Origin: Bdellovibrionales bacterium
Lineage (GTDB): Bacteria; Bdellovibrionota; Bdellovibrionia; Bdellovibrionales; JAUICD01
Length of the DNA: 64,000 nt
Reading direction: 5' to 3'
Assembly: GCA_965262715.1 (NCBI GenBank)
Contig: OZ253553.1
Location: forward strand, 800,001-864,000
This document shows positions 27,366 to 37,946 of the stretch, in pieces. The translations under genes were made by a program, and so were the position numbers. Position 1 is the first letter of the stretch. The number at the start of each line of letters is the position of its first letter. The notes under the pieces were generated by a model. That model made no database searches and was not told the DNA's origin. It saw only the letters and a list, made by a program, of their open reading frames with translations.

Positions 27366-29210
27366 TTAAAATTGAGTGCTAATCCCTAACCATTTGGCTT
27401 GTAGTCTTAAAAGAGGTTTATAATTTTTTGATAAATCATAGGCTTCCTGAAAATATTCTTTTGCTGCAATGCGGTTTTGTTCTATTTCACTAATGCGAGC
27501 AAAACTGGTTTTGATTTGGAGTTGAAAAAGGCCTGATAGTAGTAAGTTGTCTAAAAGCGTTTTTCTAACTTCTATATCTTTTATACTAGTAGAATTGGTA
27601 CATAAGCGTTCTTGTAATAAGATTGCCAGATGATATTCATGTCGCTTGAGTATTCTGCAGGCTTGTTCCACAAAACCTGATTTATGATCTATATAAGCAG
27701 ATAAGGTTTGAATTTTTTGATTACTTTCGTCTAAATTAAGAGCTTCATTGATCTGATTTTTACCTTCTTGTTTATTTCCTGTTTTAAAATTCAAAAACCC
27801 GTAAACAGCAAGTAGAATAGGATCTTTTCCCCATTCAGCAAAATTTTTAATTTCATTAAAAATGAACATAATGGTATTTGACCAAAGTAATTCATCGAGA
27901 TAATAGTAAAGTGGACTGTGAAAATGCTGATCTGTTAAATCTAAGTCTAATTCTAAAATATCTTTTAGTAAGTCTTCACTAATGTCTGTCTCGCCTAATA
28001 GTAGCCGTAATAATGCTCTCATTATTAATGCTTCTAATTTGAAATCATAGGTTCTTTCTTGATATTCTTCTAAAGAAACAGCTAAATCATCTAAATCTTC
28101 ATCATTTATATCACCTCCTGAGTTTTGTTCATTGCCTTCTTCTTTAGCTTTTAAGCTCAAATAACTTTTAGCGGCATTTGCAGCTCGATGTAGTAGTAAG
28201 ATGCCCTCAAATTTAGAATAATCCTCAGGTGGAGTGTTAGCTGAAGTTATGATATCTGAACTGTATTGTTCTGCTGCTTTTTTATATTCTTCATTTAAAA
28301 AATAAAGAGTGCCTAGATTAATGATGGCAGGGAGAAAAGATGGATTTTGCTCGAGCGTATTATTAAGGTTTTGCATTGCTTTGGAAAGTTCTTTTGTTTG
28401 TAGATCGATCAAAGCCATATAGTGATATATACGATATTTTACATTTGATACTGTATTTAATGATTTATCATGTAGAAGTCTTCTGGCTTCTACATACTTT
28501 TTTTGAAGAATAAGAACTTCTATTAAATGGGAAAAAGCTTGCAGATGATTTGGTGCTGAACTTAAAATACGTCTAAGGTCTCTTAGTGAGTTCTCATAAT
28601 GCCCAAGTTTTATATTTATTGTAGATCGATCGAAGAGCATTTTATTTGTTTTTTCTGTTCCAGCTTTTTGCTGCACTATAAATTGTTGTTGAGAATAAAA
28701 TAAGTAAGCTCCAATTGATATAAGCCCTATCAGTAGAAGGAGTGGTTTTTGTATAGATTTATATTTTTTAAATAAAGTAGATGTTTCTAATATCTCTACA
28801 GGTTTTGGCTTTTTCTCTATTTTCTTTTTTTCAGCAACAGAGGCTTTTTTTCGAACGATTCTCTTCTTATCAATAGTGGTACTTGCAGGTAGCTTCTTAT
28901 AGGGTAATCTTGATGTTCCTTTTGGCTTTTGTACAGTGATGTCAAAAAAACCAGTAACAGAAGGGTCCACTTGGTCGATCTTTTCTGTGGCATCTGTGTG
29001 TTCTATTCTGCTAATTTCTGTATGATCACTAATTTTAAACAGAAGGTTAAACTCTTCACAATTTTTTAGAAATCCAAATCTTGAAAAAGGAGCGGCTATT
29101 TGATCTGTTTCTAAGATCTCTTTATTATTGATCTGAGCAATAATTTCTGCTTGATTGAAAGGACCAAGAATTTGTGATCCTTCCTTAATAATCCAAATTT
29201 TATCACTCAA
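27366..29210 (-). CDS. Membrane-anchored TPR protein with N-terminal GYF-like domain
   Basis: WIIKEGSQILGPF; one TM (LLLLIGLISIGAYLF); TPR-like helices (A..NLG..YF). Confidence 0.75.
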   Translation of the reverse strand: MSDKIWIIKEGSQILGPFNQAEIIAQINNKEILETDQIAAPFSRFGFLKNCEEFNLLFKISDHTEISRIEHTDATEKIDQVDPSVTGFFDITVQKPKGTSRLPYKKLPASTTIDKKRIVRKKASVAEKKKIEKKPKPVEILETSTLFKKYKSIQKPLLLLIGLISIGAYLFYSQQQFIVQQKAGTEKTNKMLFDRSTINIKLGHYENSLRDLRRILSSAPNHLQAFSHLIEVLILQKKYVEARRLLHDKSLNTVSNVKYRIYHYMALIDLQTKELSKAMQNLNNTLEQNPSFLPAIINLGTLYFLNEEYKKAAEQYSSDIITSANTPPEDYSKFEGILLLHRAANAAKSYLSLKAKEEGNEQNSGGDINDEDLDDLAVSLEEYQERTYDFKLEALIMRALLRLLLGETDISEDLLKDILELDLDLTDQHFHSPLYYYLDELLWSNTIMFIFNEIKNFAEWGKDPILLAVYGFLNFKTGNKQEGKNQINEALNLDESNQKIQTLSAYIDHKSGFVEQACRILKRHEYHLAILLQERLCTNSTSIKDIEVRKTLLDNLLLSGLFQLQIKTSFARISEIEQNRIAAKEYFQEAYDLSKNYKPLLRLQAKWLGISTQF

Positions 29211-29281
29211 ACTTTAAATTCCTTTAATGAGGTTAGGGTTTATAAGAAGAGTTTATAGAACAATTGTATAAAATTCAATTC

Positions 29282-30805
29282 TTAGTGTAGAAAATGTCTT
29301 TGTCCTGTTAGAATTAAGTTGATTTTCAGCTGTTTTGCCCTTTGAATAACTTGATGATCGTTGATAGATCCTCCTGGTTGCACGACCCATTGAATCTTCT
29401 CTTCAAATGCTTTTTCTATAGCATCAGTGAAAGGAAAAAAGGCGTCACTTGCTAAAATAACATCTTGTTTATCTTTGTGGCATAATTTCCAACGTGAAAT
29501 AGCATGGCAAAGGGCATCTATGCGATTTGTTTGCCCCATACCTAAACCTAGTGTTTGTTGTGCTGATGTGATGGCTATGGCATTACTTTTCAAACAAGCT
29601 ACTGACTTCCAGGCAAAGGCAATTGCCTTGCGAATTTCTTCAGATGGATCTTGACCTAAGACCTGCCAAAAATTTGACCAAGGTTGAATTTTATCTTCTG
29701 ATTGCAAAACATATCCACCAAAAATATCTTTTATAGACATTGTTGGAGGTTTATCTTCACACATTTGATCCCAAGCAAGGACTCTTAAGTTCTTTTTTTC
29801 TTGGAGTATCTTTTTAGCATCTGGTTCAACTTGAGGAGCGATCACACATTCTAAAAAGATAGATGTTAGCTTTTTTGCAATAGATGGAGTGATAGGTGAG
29901 TTTAAGGCGATGATACCTCCAAAAATACTTATAGGATCTGCAGACAAAGACATAGAAAGAGCCTTCATTGGGTCTGAATTTGTTGCAATGCCGCAAGGGT
30001 TATTGTGTTTTAATGAGATCACAGTTGTTTTATCTTTAAAAACTCTTAATGTTTTCACCGCAGCGTTAATATCTAAAATATTGTTATAAGACAAAGGCTT
30101 ACCTTGTAAGACTTGAGCTTGATGGAGCCCCCACTTTTCCCCTCTATATTTAAACCAATATCCTTTTTGTAGAGGATTTTCTCCATACCTTAAGGGTGAG
30201 TGTTTTTGACCTCCTTGACCCATTTGAGGAAAAACTTTTTGAGGAGCAAGTGTTTTAGCAATCAGCGCATCATAGGAAGAGACATGATGAAAAGCCTTAG
30301 CACTTAAATATCTTTTTTCTTCTAGTGAAAATTCATCTTGATTGAAAAGAAGATTATAATCTTCTGGGTTGCAAATGACCAAAAGAGACTCAAAATTTTT
30401 AGCAGCAGCTCTAAGCAATGCCACTCCTCCAATATCGATATATTCGCTTAATTGTCGGTAATTTATTTTCTCTTTTATATTTTCTTCAAAGGGATAGAGG
30501 TTGCATATCAATAAATCGAAAGCTTGTATATTCATCTCTTTTAAAAGGAGTTGATCTTCCTCATGAAAGTGGCGAGCAAGCAAAGGGATATGTATATGAG
30601 GATGAAGTGTGCGGACACGCCCATCCATAACTTCTGGAAACTCTGTTTGTTGAGAGACAGGTATAGCATTAATACCATTTTTTTTAAGATAGTTTGCACT
30701 GCCATCTGTTGCAACAATGCGAGTTTTATCTTGAGATAGTTTTAAGGCAAGATCTAATAGCCCTGTTTTGTCAGATACACTGATAAGCACGTTTTTAAAT
30801 TTCAT
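29282..30805 (-). CDS. purH: Bifunctional AICAR transformylase/IMP cyclohydrolase
   Basis: LISVSDKTG, IDIGG, LRYGENP, KHNNPCG, ASDAFFPF, RHFLH. Confidence 0.97.
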   Translation of the reverse strand: MKFKNVLISVSDKTGLLDLALKLSQDKTRIVATDGSANYLKKNGINAIPVSQQTEFPEVMDGRVRTLHPHIHIPLLARHFHEEDQLLLKEMNIQAFDLLICNLYPFEENIKEKINYRQLSEYIDIGGVALLRAAAKNFESLLVICNPEDYNLLFNQDEFSLEEKRYLSAKAFHHVSSYDALIAKTLAPQKVFPQMGQGGQKHSPLRYGENPLQKGYWFKYRGEKWGLHQAQVLQGKPLSYNNILDINAAVKTLRVFKDKTTVISLKHNNPCGIATNSDPMKALSMSLSADPISIFGGIIALNSPITPSIAKKLTSIFLECVIAPQVEPDAKKILQEKKNLRVLAWDQMCEDKPPTMSIKDIFGGYVLQSEDKIQPWSNFWQVLGQDPSEEIRKAIAFAWKSVACLKSNAIAITSAQQTLGLGMGQTNRIDALCHAISRWKLCHKDKQDVILASDAFFPFTDAIEKAFEEKIQWVVQPGGSINDHQVIQRAKQLKINLILTGQRHFLH

Positions 30806-31094
30806 TCGGCTATGCCTTTTTTATATGCCTTTTCTAACAAATATCGTTTTGAGTAAATATTATTTTTTTGATGTGCTCTATCAAATATGAAAAGTCATCA
30901 ATTGTCTACAATAAACTTAAAATAAAAAGGTTTGACTCATAACTAGGAGCGGTCTCAAAAGTGCTAGGGTTAGTATTTAAATTTACGATCTAGAGTTATG
31001 GCAGGCTTCTTACATAAGCAAACAGGCAACCCCCGCGCCTTGTATTGTTGTTATTTTATAATTTTATTATAGAATCAAATACTTTAATAAAGAC

Positions 31095-31330
31095 TTTAAC
31101 ATTTTGTTAAAAAACGAAAAGTATCTGTTCTACTCAAAATGAACGGATTTTTGAGGCAATGATCTGATGGCAAAGATAAAGTTCCTCTAACATTGTATCA
31201 AGAGATAAAGATATCCTCCCTACTAAAATGCATTATACTTTCTAGGCAGTAAGCTGTTTTGCCGTCGGGCATACTGCCAGAAAGTGGTCAGAGGCTAGCC
31301 TCGAGAGGCCAGACTATTTTTAGGGAGAAG
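31095..31330 (+). repeat. Family A hairpin repeat (one partial and one full copy)
   Basis: CTACTCAAAATGAACGGATTTTTGAGGCAATGATC; TTTCTAGGCAGTAAGC...TACTGCCAGAAA...GCCTCGAGAGGC. Confidence 0.75.
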
Positions 31331-31338
31331 CATCAATG

Positions 31339-34068
31339 CTATTTTAAGAAGTTAGAGGAGGTACTTTGTCCTCGTGCTTCACACTGCCTGGATAATCTCT
31401 CTGGTAAAATCACTTGGTTTATGCCATCTCCTAAAGGACTTTGATATTGACCCCAACAAAGGATTTCTCCACTTTTAGAGACACATGTCACATTTTTTTG
31501 AGCGTTCAGAGAGCTGTCATCAATATTTGCTAAAGGAATGTGTTTATCAGTACCAAATTCTAAAAGAACTGGTAATGCCTTATATTCAGGATCTCCCCTT
31601 GTTCCACCTCTTCCAAGTTGTGCGTCTGAGCTATCTCCCCAACAGACAACCTCATTTGTATCTTGTACAGAGCAAGATCTGACAGCGCAGGCATGGGTCC
31701 TTCCAGCTGTGATAAACTCCACATCAGCAAGATCACAGGTTTTCTTGTTGCACCCTTCTACATCGATAGAATCATCTGAACTTTCGATATCAACAAGTGT
31801 ATCAGTTCCATTACATGTTCTTATTGATTGTGGTACTCGAACATGGGGGTAACATTCTTTTTCAATTTCTGACTTCTTATTACCTCTCACATCTGGATTT
31901 CCCCAACATCTTATTTTAGAACCAGTGTTGTTATTTTGTTGGGTTATCTTTGCGCAAGTAAAATCCCCACCAACAGCAATTTGCCGAACTCCAGACATGC
32001 AGTAGTCTTTTGAATTTTCTTTGCATTTAGTTTTCCCTTCGTCGTTTTGATTGCTTTCTTCAATTGAGTTGTTTTTTACACGAAGTGGAAACTTAGGAAA
32101 AAAACCATCATTAGGACCAAGGTTAAGCTCTTCACAGCTTCCATGTTTTGCCTGTCCAAGCTGGCCTTTTAAATTATCTCCAAAACAAAACACTTGATCT
32201 TCAAAGTTGACTGCACAGGTGTGGTTAGAGCCAGCACTGACATGTCTATAAGTTTTAATAACATCTTCATCTTTTTGATTGAAGTTTCTTTGAACATATA
32301 CTCTTTCTAAAAGACTTGCCCATTTAGATTTTATAGATCTGCATTCTGCTTGAAGCTCTAAAATTTTTATTTCACATTTTATATCTACAGCTGCAGAAGC
32401 AGATAGGTGGCCGCAAATGATAGTTTTATAGTGATCTCTGAATTTTAAAGCATCTTCGTCACCACCGCTGCCATTTTCTGGGGTAGTTGCATGATCCACA
32501 TTATAGAATTCTTCACAGTCAAAGTTAGGTGGAACTCTTGGTAAATTGTAATCTCTTTCTTCTGTTTTATTTTCCCAAAACTTTTCTTCACCAGACTCAA
32601 TAATAAAATCTATTTTATCTTCACTTTCATCGTCATCATCATGTGCTCCTAACTTACAACCAAAAAAGCCTAATTTAGTATAGTCTTTATCACTTTCTTC
32701 ACCTTCTACTTCTGTCTCTTCTTCTTTTGGTCCCATTTGTGAGCAAGAGCTGCCAGGTTTGATTTTCTCTGCTTCAATACGCGCATTCAACTCTTTAACC
32801 AAGTCTTTATTTTTTAGTGGAGTTTCTGTCTGTGTTTGCGGGCATTTAGGAATACCGTTTTCACATACAGGAACTCCCCCGCCTTCACATGTAGGAAATT
32901 CTTTTTGATATGTATATGTGATATATGTGATACTATCCTTGGTTTTTTCTTGATATGTAATATAATTGTCACTATCTTCACAAAAAGGTATACTTTCGGA
33001 GAAAATATCTCTACAACTTGCTTCTTTACCACTATTAATATCACCGCATTTAACAGAAGTATTATTAGGAGGATCATAATCATTAGGTGTTGCAACTATA
33101 GCAATTTGGGTAGGCTCTGGGATGAAATCTTCATCTTCGTCGTACTCCCAAACAGGTGTTCCATCTTCTTCTATAGTCAGTTGAAATGGTATTCCTAATT
33201 GTCCTTCTGTGTTTTTACCCCAGCAAAAGATCCTTTCATCTCCTATATCTGCTAACAAACAATTGTGAAAATCACCAGCAGTTATATGTTTTATCTCCAC
33301 TTCACCTTCAATTTCTGTTTTTTTCTGTGGAAGCACAACAGCTACTGGAACTGAACTTGGACCTCCTTCTCTGCCCAATTGCCCTTGATCATTTTGTCCC
33401 CAACAAAAAATTTTATTATCTTCTAAAAGGGCGCAGCTATGGTCCACTCCCAGCACAACTTGTTTCACACCTTTTAATCTCTTATCTTCAGGTACAATCT
33501 CATCGTCATAACATTCTGTCACATCTTCATTGACCACATAATTTAAAAAGATATATTCATCTCTTCTATTAGAGCGGCATCCATTACCTAACTGTCCAGA
33601 AGTGTTATCTAGACCATAGCACTGTAAATAAGCTTCTTCATCGACAATAAAACAAGAGTGGTCTGATGAAACACCAGAGGTGATCATTTCTGCGCCAGCT
33701 TCTATACAGTGTTTGATACAACACATTCCTTTATCGCTATCAGAAATCTTAGAGGCTTCTATAATCTTTGTAATATAAAAATCTGAATCATCTATACAGG
33801 CATTGCCTTGATGGGCAGTAAGGCCAGGTTTTTCGGCAATCTCACGTTCTGCTACATCCTCACATGTAGAAACGGCTATAGGAGGATCAACTGGAGTGCC
33901 TCCGCCGCCAGTAGTAGTGGTGGTGGTGGTGGTAGTTGTACCACCTCCAATTTTATCATCCTCATTATCACTATCTGAACAACCCATCAATATGAAACAA
34001 CATATTAATAGAGGGAAATACTTAATTGTATCAAAGTAATCCGAGCTTCTTTTGCAAGATGTGTCCAT
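31339..34068 (-). CDS. RCC1/BLIP-II repeat lipoprotein with acidic Cys-rich insert
   Basis: Lipobox LMGC; poly-Thr/Gly linker; repeated G..HxCA, CWG.N..GQLG. Confidence 0.85.
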   Translation of the reverse strand: MDTSCKRSSDYFDTIKYFPLLICCFILMGCSDSDNEDDKIGGGTTTTTTTTTTGGGGTPVDPPIAVSTCEDVAEREIAEKPGLTAHQGNACIDDSDFYITKIIEASKISDSDKGMCCIKHCIEAGAEMITSGVSSDHSCFIVDEEAYLQCYGLDNTSGQLGNGCRSNRRDEYIFLNYVVNEDVTECYDDEIVPEDKRLKGVKQVVLGVDHSCALLEDNKIFCWGQNDQGQLGREGGPSSVPVAVVLPQKKTEIEGEVEIKHITAGDFHNCLLADIGDERIFCWGKNTEGQLGIPFQLTIEEDGTPVWEYDEDEDFIPEPTQIAIVATPNDYDPPNNTSVKCGDINSGKEASCRDIFSESIPFCEDSDNYITYQEKTKDSITYITYTYQKEFPTCEGGGVPVCENGIPKCPQTQTETPLKNKDLVKELNARIEAEKIKPGSSCSQMGPKEEETEVEGEESDKDYTKLGFFGCKLGAHDDDDESEDKIDFIIESGEEKFWENKTEERDYNLPRVPPNFDCEEFYNVDHATTPENGSGGDEDALKFRDHYKTIICGHLSASAAVDIKCEIKILELQAECRSIKSKWASLLERVYVQRNFNQKDEDVIKTYRHVSAGSNHTCAVNFEDQVFCFGDNLKGQLGQAKHGSCEELNLGPNDGFFPKFPLRVKNNSIEESNQNDEGKTKCKENSKDYCMSGVRQIAVGGDFTCAKITQQNNNTGSKIRCWGNPDVRGNKKSEIEKECYPHVRVPQSIRTCNGTDTLVDIESSDDSIDVEGCNKKTCDLADVEFITAGRTHACAVRSCSVQDTNEVVCWGDSSDAQLGRGGTRGDPEYKALPVLLEFGTDKHIPLANIDDSSLNAQKNVTCVSKSGEILCWGQYQSPLGDGINQVILPERLSRQCEARGQSTSSNFLK

Positions 34069-34353
34069 TAATAATATACTCCTATTACTTTAATTTATTC
34101 GGATTTCTGTAAAAATTTATTAAAATAAAATGACGAAAATGAGGGCTTAACTGTATCAAATGAAGACTGATATGCTTTTTATTAGAAGTGGTTTGGCAAA
34201 ATAAGTTTTGCATTTTGCAATATATGCATATGCTATTCCGAGATCTGAGATAGTGGTAAAACCGGCAGCTGTATCCGGAATCTGGCAGTCGTAATGAGAA
34301 AGTAAGTTGTTTCTCAAAATAAAAGCACTTTAGTGACTAGCTCTGATTTTTAT

Positions 34354-35913
34354 TTAACGAACAAGTTTTCTTTTATCTAAGTTATACTTTTCTACTTTCA
34401 TGATGAGACCTGCTCTGGAAATGCCAAGCTCTTTTGCTAATCTAGATTTATTCCATCCGGTTCTTCTCAAACCTTCTTTAATCATTTCTCTTTCTAAGTC
34501 TTCAAGAGCATCCTTGAGCCTGCTATTTAATCTAGAATTATTTATTTTATTATTCTCAGAGGATGCATCAGTAATTCTCTCTGAGATCATTTGAGCTGTG
34601 ACTTGCTCTTCGTTTCCAGAAAGCACAACAATCCTTTCTATCTCATTTTGAAGCTCTCTAATGTTTCCAGGCCATGCATAATCATACAATTTTTTGATAG
34701 CACTTTTGGTCATCATTTTTTTAACACCCATTTGTTTAGATGATTTTTCTAAAAAATGATCGATAAGGGCTGGAATATCTTCCCTCCTATCTCTTAAAGC
34801 TGGAACATGAAGATTAATGACATTTAAACGGTAATAAAGGTCTTCTCTAAATGACCCTTTTTCAACCATCTCTCTCAAAGGCCTGTTTGTTGCTGCAATG
34901 ATACGAACATTCACACTCTTAGGTTCAGTACCACCTACAGGCATAAAAGTTCCTTCTTGTAAGACACGTAGCAATTTCACTTGCATAGATGGAGATGTAT
35001 CTCCAATCTCATCTAAGAAAAATGTACCTTTATCAGCTGTTTCAAAAAGCCCTTTTTTATCCTTAATAGCTCCTGTAAAAGAACCTTTAACATGTCCAAA
35101 CAGTTCTGATTCTAAGAGGTTATCATTAAAAGAAGAACAGTTTTGAATGACAATAGCTTTGTTTTTTCTTGGAGAATTGTAATGAACTGCTTTTGCAATT
35201 AGCTCTTTACCTGTTCCATTCTCACCTTGAATTAAGACTGTGCTTTCAGTTGAATTGATCCTATCTAACATGGCATAAAGATTCTGCATGGGTTGAGACT
35301 GACCAATCATATTGTCATATTTATAACGACTGCCAAGTTCTTTGTTGAGTTTATTGATGCGGTCTTCTCTAGCAGTTATTTCTAAATGAAGCGTGATGAC
35401 CTCTTTAGCTACAAGTTCAGTCAGGTCTGTAAAATGTCCTCTCTGAGCTTGATTTAATGTTTTGATATGATCTAAGCTTTCTGCCACTTGAATTTCTGAT
35501 AAGTTAAGGTGTAATAACTTTTTTCTAACGTCTTCTAGTCTGTGAATTGTATCAGATTGATCTTTTAAGAAACCTAAAGCCACGACTGTGCCAGCAAGAT
35601 CATTATCAATAATAATAGGTACAACCAAGATATCATAACCAATCATATCCCATTGAACGACAGCATAGCGATCTTGTGTGTGTTTAAGATCCTCTAAAGC
35701 TTTAACTACAAGTTGAGTGAGGTTTTTTTGCACTTCTTCACTTCTAAATACGTAGGCAACTGCTGGATTAAATAAGGAAGGCGCACTAGAAGTAGATGAT
35801 TTGATAAGTCCTCTATCGTCTGTAAAAACCAAATCAATTTGCCACCATGATAGCAATATCTCTTTTAATTTTTTGATGACATGTATATGCTCAAAATCAC
35901 TCCAGTTGATCAT
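34354..35913 (-). CDS. Sigma-54-dependent enhancer-binding regulator with N-terminal PocR-like sensor and Fis HTH
   Basis: GENGTGKE, ESELFGH.KGSFTGA, FLDEIGD, WPGNIREL, C-terminal HTH. Confidence 0.92.
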   Translation of the reverse strand: MINWSDFEHIHVIKKLKEILLSWWQIDLVFTDDRGLIKSSTSSAPSLFNPAVAYVFRSEEVQKNLTQLVVKALEDLKHTQDRYAVVQWDMIGYDILVVPIIIDNDLAGTVVALGFLKDQSDTIHRLEDVRKKLLHLNLSEIQVAESLDHIKTLNQAQRGHFTDLTELVAKEVITLHLEITAREDRINKLNKELGSRYKYDNMIGQSQPMQNLYAMLDRINSTESTVLIQGENGTGKELIAKAVHYNSPRKNKAIVIQNCSSFNDNLLESELFGHVKGSFTGAIKDKKGLFETADKGTFFLDEIGDTSPSMQVKLLRVLQEGTFMPVGGTEPKSVNVRIIAATNRPLREMVEKGSFREDLYYRLNVINLHVPALRDRREDIPALIDHFLEKSSKQMGVKKMMTKSAIKKLYDYAWPGNIRELQNEIERIVVLSGNEEQVTAQMISERITDASSENNKINNSRLNSRLKDALEDLEREMIKEGLRRTGWNKSRLAKELGISRAGLIMKVEKYNLDKRKLVR

Positions 35914-36104
35914 TTTGGGATCCTTGTAAATATTTTATTATTAAAATACGTTTTTAACTTAATGGTGTTTATTATTTATCGTCAAAACTTTAAACATCTT
36001 TAATAAATCTATTAAAAAAAACTTTACTTTATAGGGGTTTGGCATTTTCCATACCTTTATACAGGATGTATAAACTTGTATGTTCATATATGGTTCAATA
36101 CTTT

Positions 36105-36375
36105 CTAGAGAAACCATCTTAAAAAATAAGCAGTTATCTATATCTCAATATGTACACACATTGTGCTATGTGCTACAAGGGATTTTGGCAGTCAGTATTT
36201 TGTTGACAGAGATACATCCCGTAGGGATACAGATCCCGTAGGGATACAGATCCCGTAGGGATATACATCCCGTAGTGTTATCGTCACGCTGACTGCCCAA
36301 AAACAAACAGATGCTCACCTCAAGAGGTTCGCCTCGAGAGGCTTGCCTCAAGAGGTTGGTTTATTTTGAGTGAAA
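36105..36375 (+). repeat. Family A hairpin repeat with 4 internal GATAC(AG)ATCCCGTAG units
   Basis: TTTTGGCAGTCAGT...GCTGACTGCCCAAAAA; 3x CCTCRAGAGG. Confidence 0.8.
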
Positions 36376-36448
36376 AGTTTGTGTGAAAATTCTAAATAGG
36401 TTAGGGTAGCATACGCTATAGTAGAAATTTTATGCAAAAGGAGGTTCT

Positions 36449-37756
36449 GTGCAAAAAAGAATATATATAGCAGATATCAAAAAAAACATGAACAAATACA
36501 AGGATCAACAGATAGAGCTTAAAGGATGGGTTTACTCTATAAGGTCTGCTGGAAAGCTTAGGTTTTTAATTTTTCGTGATGGAACAGGACTATGCCAATG
36601 TACCTTTATAAAATCAGAGATTGATTTAAAAACATGGGAAGATTGCTGTCAATTAGCCCAGGAGTCCACGGTCAAAGTTACAGGTTATCTTAGAGAGGAT
36701 CAAAGATCACCAGGCGGTTTTGAAATCACTGCAAAACATTTAGAGATTTTTTGTCATACAAAAGACTATCCTATTAGTCCAAAAGAGCATGGTGTGGATT
36801 TTTTAATGAATCACCGTCATTTATGGTTGAGGTCTAAACTTCAACATGCTGTTTTACGTATACGCAGTGAGATTGTTTCGGCTATTAGAGATTTCTTTAA
36901 TAGCAGAGATTTTACACTTATTGATGCCCCTATATTTACGGCAAATGCCTGCGAAGGGACATCTACACTTTTTCAGACTTCTTATTTTGATCAACAGGTC
37001 TATTTATCTCAAAGTGGTCAGCTTTATATGGAGGCAGCAGCAGCAGCATTTGGAAAAGTGTATTGCTTTGGACCTACATTTCGTGCAGAGAGGTCTAAGA
37101 CAAGAAGGCATTTGATAGAATTTTGGATGGTCGAACCAGAAGTCGCATTTAATGATCTTGTTGATAATATGGAGCTTGCAGAGCAGTTTGTAGAATATAT
37201 TATTCAAAGATGCCTCCAAAATAGAAAAGAAGAGCTGACAGTTTTAGAAAGGGATACATCACTATTACAAAAAGTCAAAGCTCCATTTCCAAGAGTTTTT
37301 TATAAGGAAGCAATTAAATTGATCAAATCACACAACCCTAATTTTCCTGAAGGTGATGATTTTGGAGCTCCAGAAGAAACCTTTTTAGGCAGTCAATTTG
37401 ATCGACCTGTCTTTGTGCACAATTACCCAGCTAATATCAAAGCATTTTATATGAAGCGTGATGAGAATAATCTAAATGAAAGTAAAAGTTGTGATTTAAT
37501 TGCTACAGAAGGTTATGGAGAAATTATTGGAGGAGGGCAGAGAGAAGATAATATTGATTTACTTCTAGAGCGTATAAGAGAACACAATCTCGAGCCAAAA
37601 GATTTTCAGTGGTATGTGGACTTAAGAAGTTATGGGGCTTTTCCATCATCAGGTTTTGGCTTAGGTGTTGAAAGATTTGTGTCTTGGGTATGTGGGCTTT
37701 CACATGTCAGGGAAACTATTGCCTTTCCAAGACTCTATGGCCGTATTTACCCTTAA
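36449..37756 (+). CDS. asnS: Asparagine--tRNA ligase
   Basis: RHLWLRS, ACEGTSTLF, YLSQSGQLY, FRAERSKTRRHLIEFWM, GGGQRE, GFGLGVER. Confidence 0.96.
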   Translation: MQKRIYIADIKKNMNKYKDQQIELKGWVYSIRSAGKLRFLIFRDGTGLCQCTFIKSEIDLKTWEDCCQLAQESTVKVTGYLREDQRSPGGFEITAKHLEIFCHTKDYPISPKEHGVDFLMNHRHLWLRSKLQHAVLRIRSEIVSAIRDFFNSRDFTLIDAPIFTANACEGTSTLFQTSYFDQQVYLSQSGQLYMEAAAAAFGKVYCFGPTFRAERSKTRRHLIEFWMVEPEVAFNDLVDNMELAEQFVEYIIQRCLQNRKEELTVLERDTSLLQKVKAPFPRVFYKEAIKLIKSHNPNFPEGDDFGAPEETFLGSQFDRPVFVHNYPANIKAFYMKRDENNLNESKSCDLIATEGYGEIIGGGQREDNIDLLLERIREHNLEPKDFQWYVDLRSYGAFPSSGFGLGVERFVSWVCGLSHVRETIAFPRLYGRIYP

Positions 37757-37946
37757 AAGTGTCATGAAACGAAAAAATTTTTAAAGCTTTGATTTGATAT
37801 TTTAAGCCAAACCTCGAAGTCAGCTGCTATAAAGCGGCGCACTCTGCAGAAGATCTCGTTTTTGGCTTAAAACATCAAACGTCAAGTTGCTATTATTATA
37901 AAGGTTTAGATGGATTTGAGAGAGAGAAAGAGAAAAATAAAGGGAA

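Noticed and set aside
37753..37770. TTAAAAGTGTCATGAAAC resembling the IS1595 right IR
   Set aside because: Mismatched terminal bases, overlaps the asnS stop, and no partner IR or target duplication found
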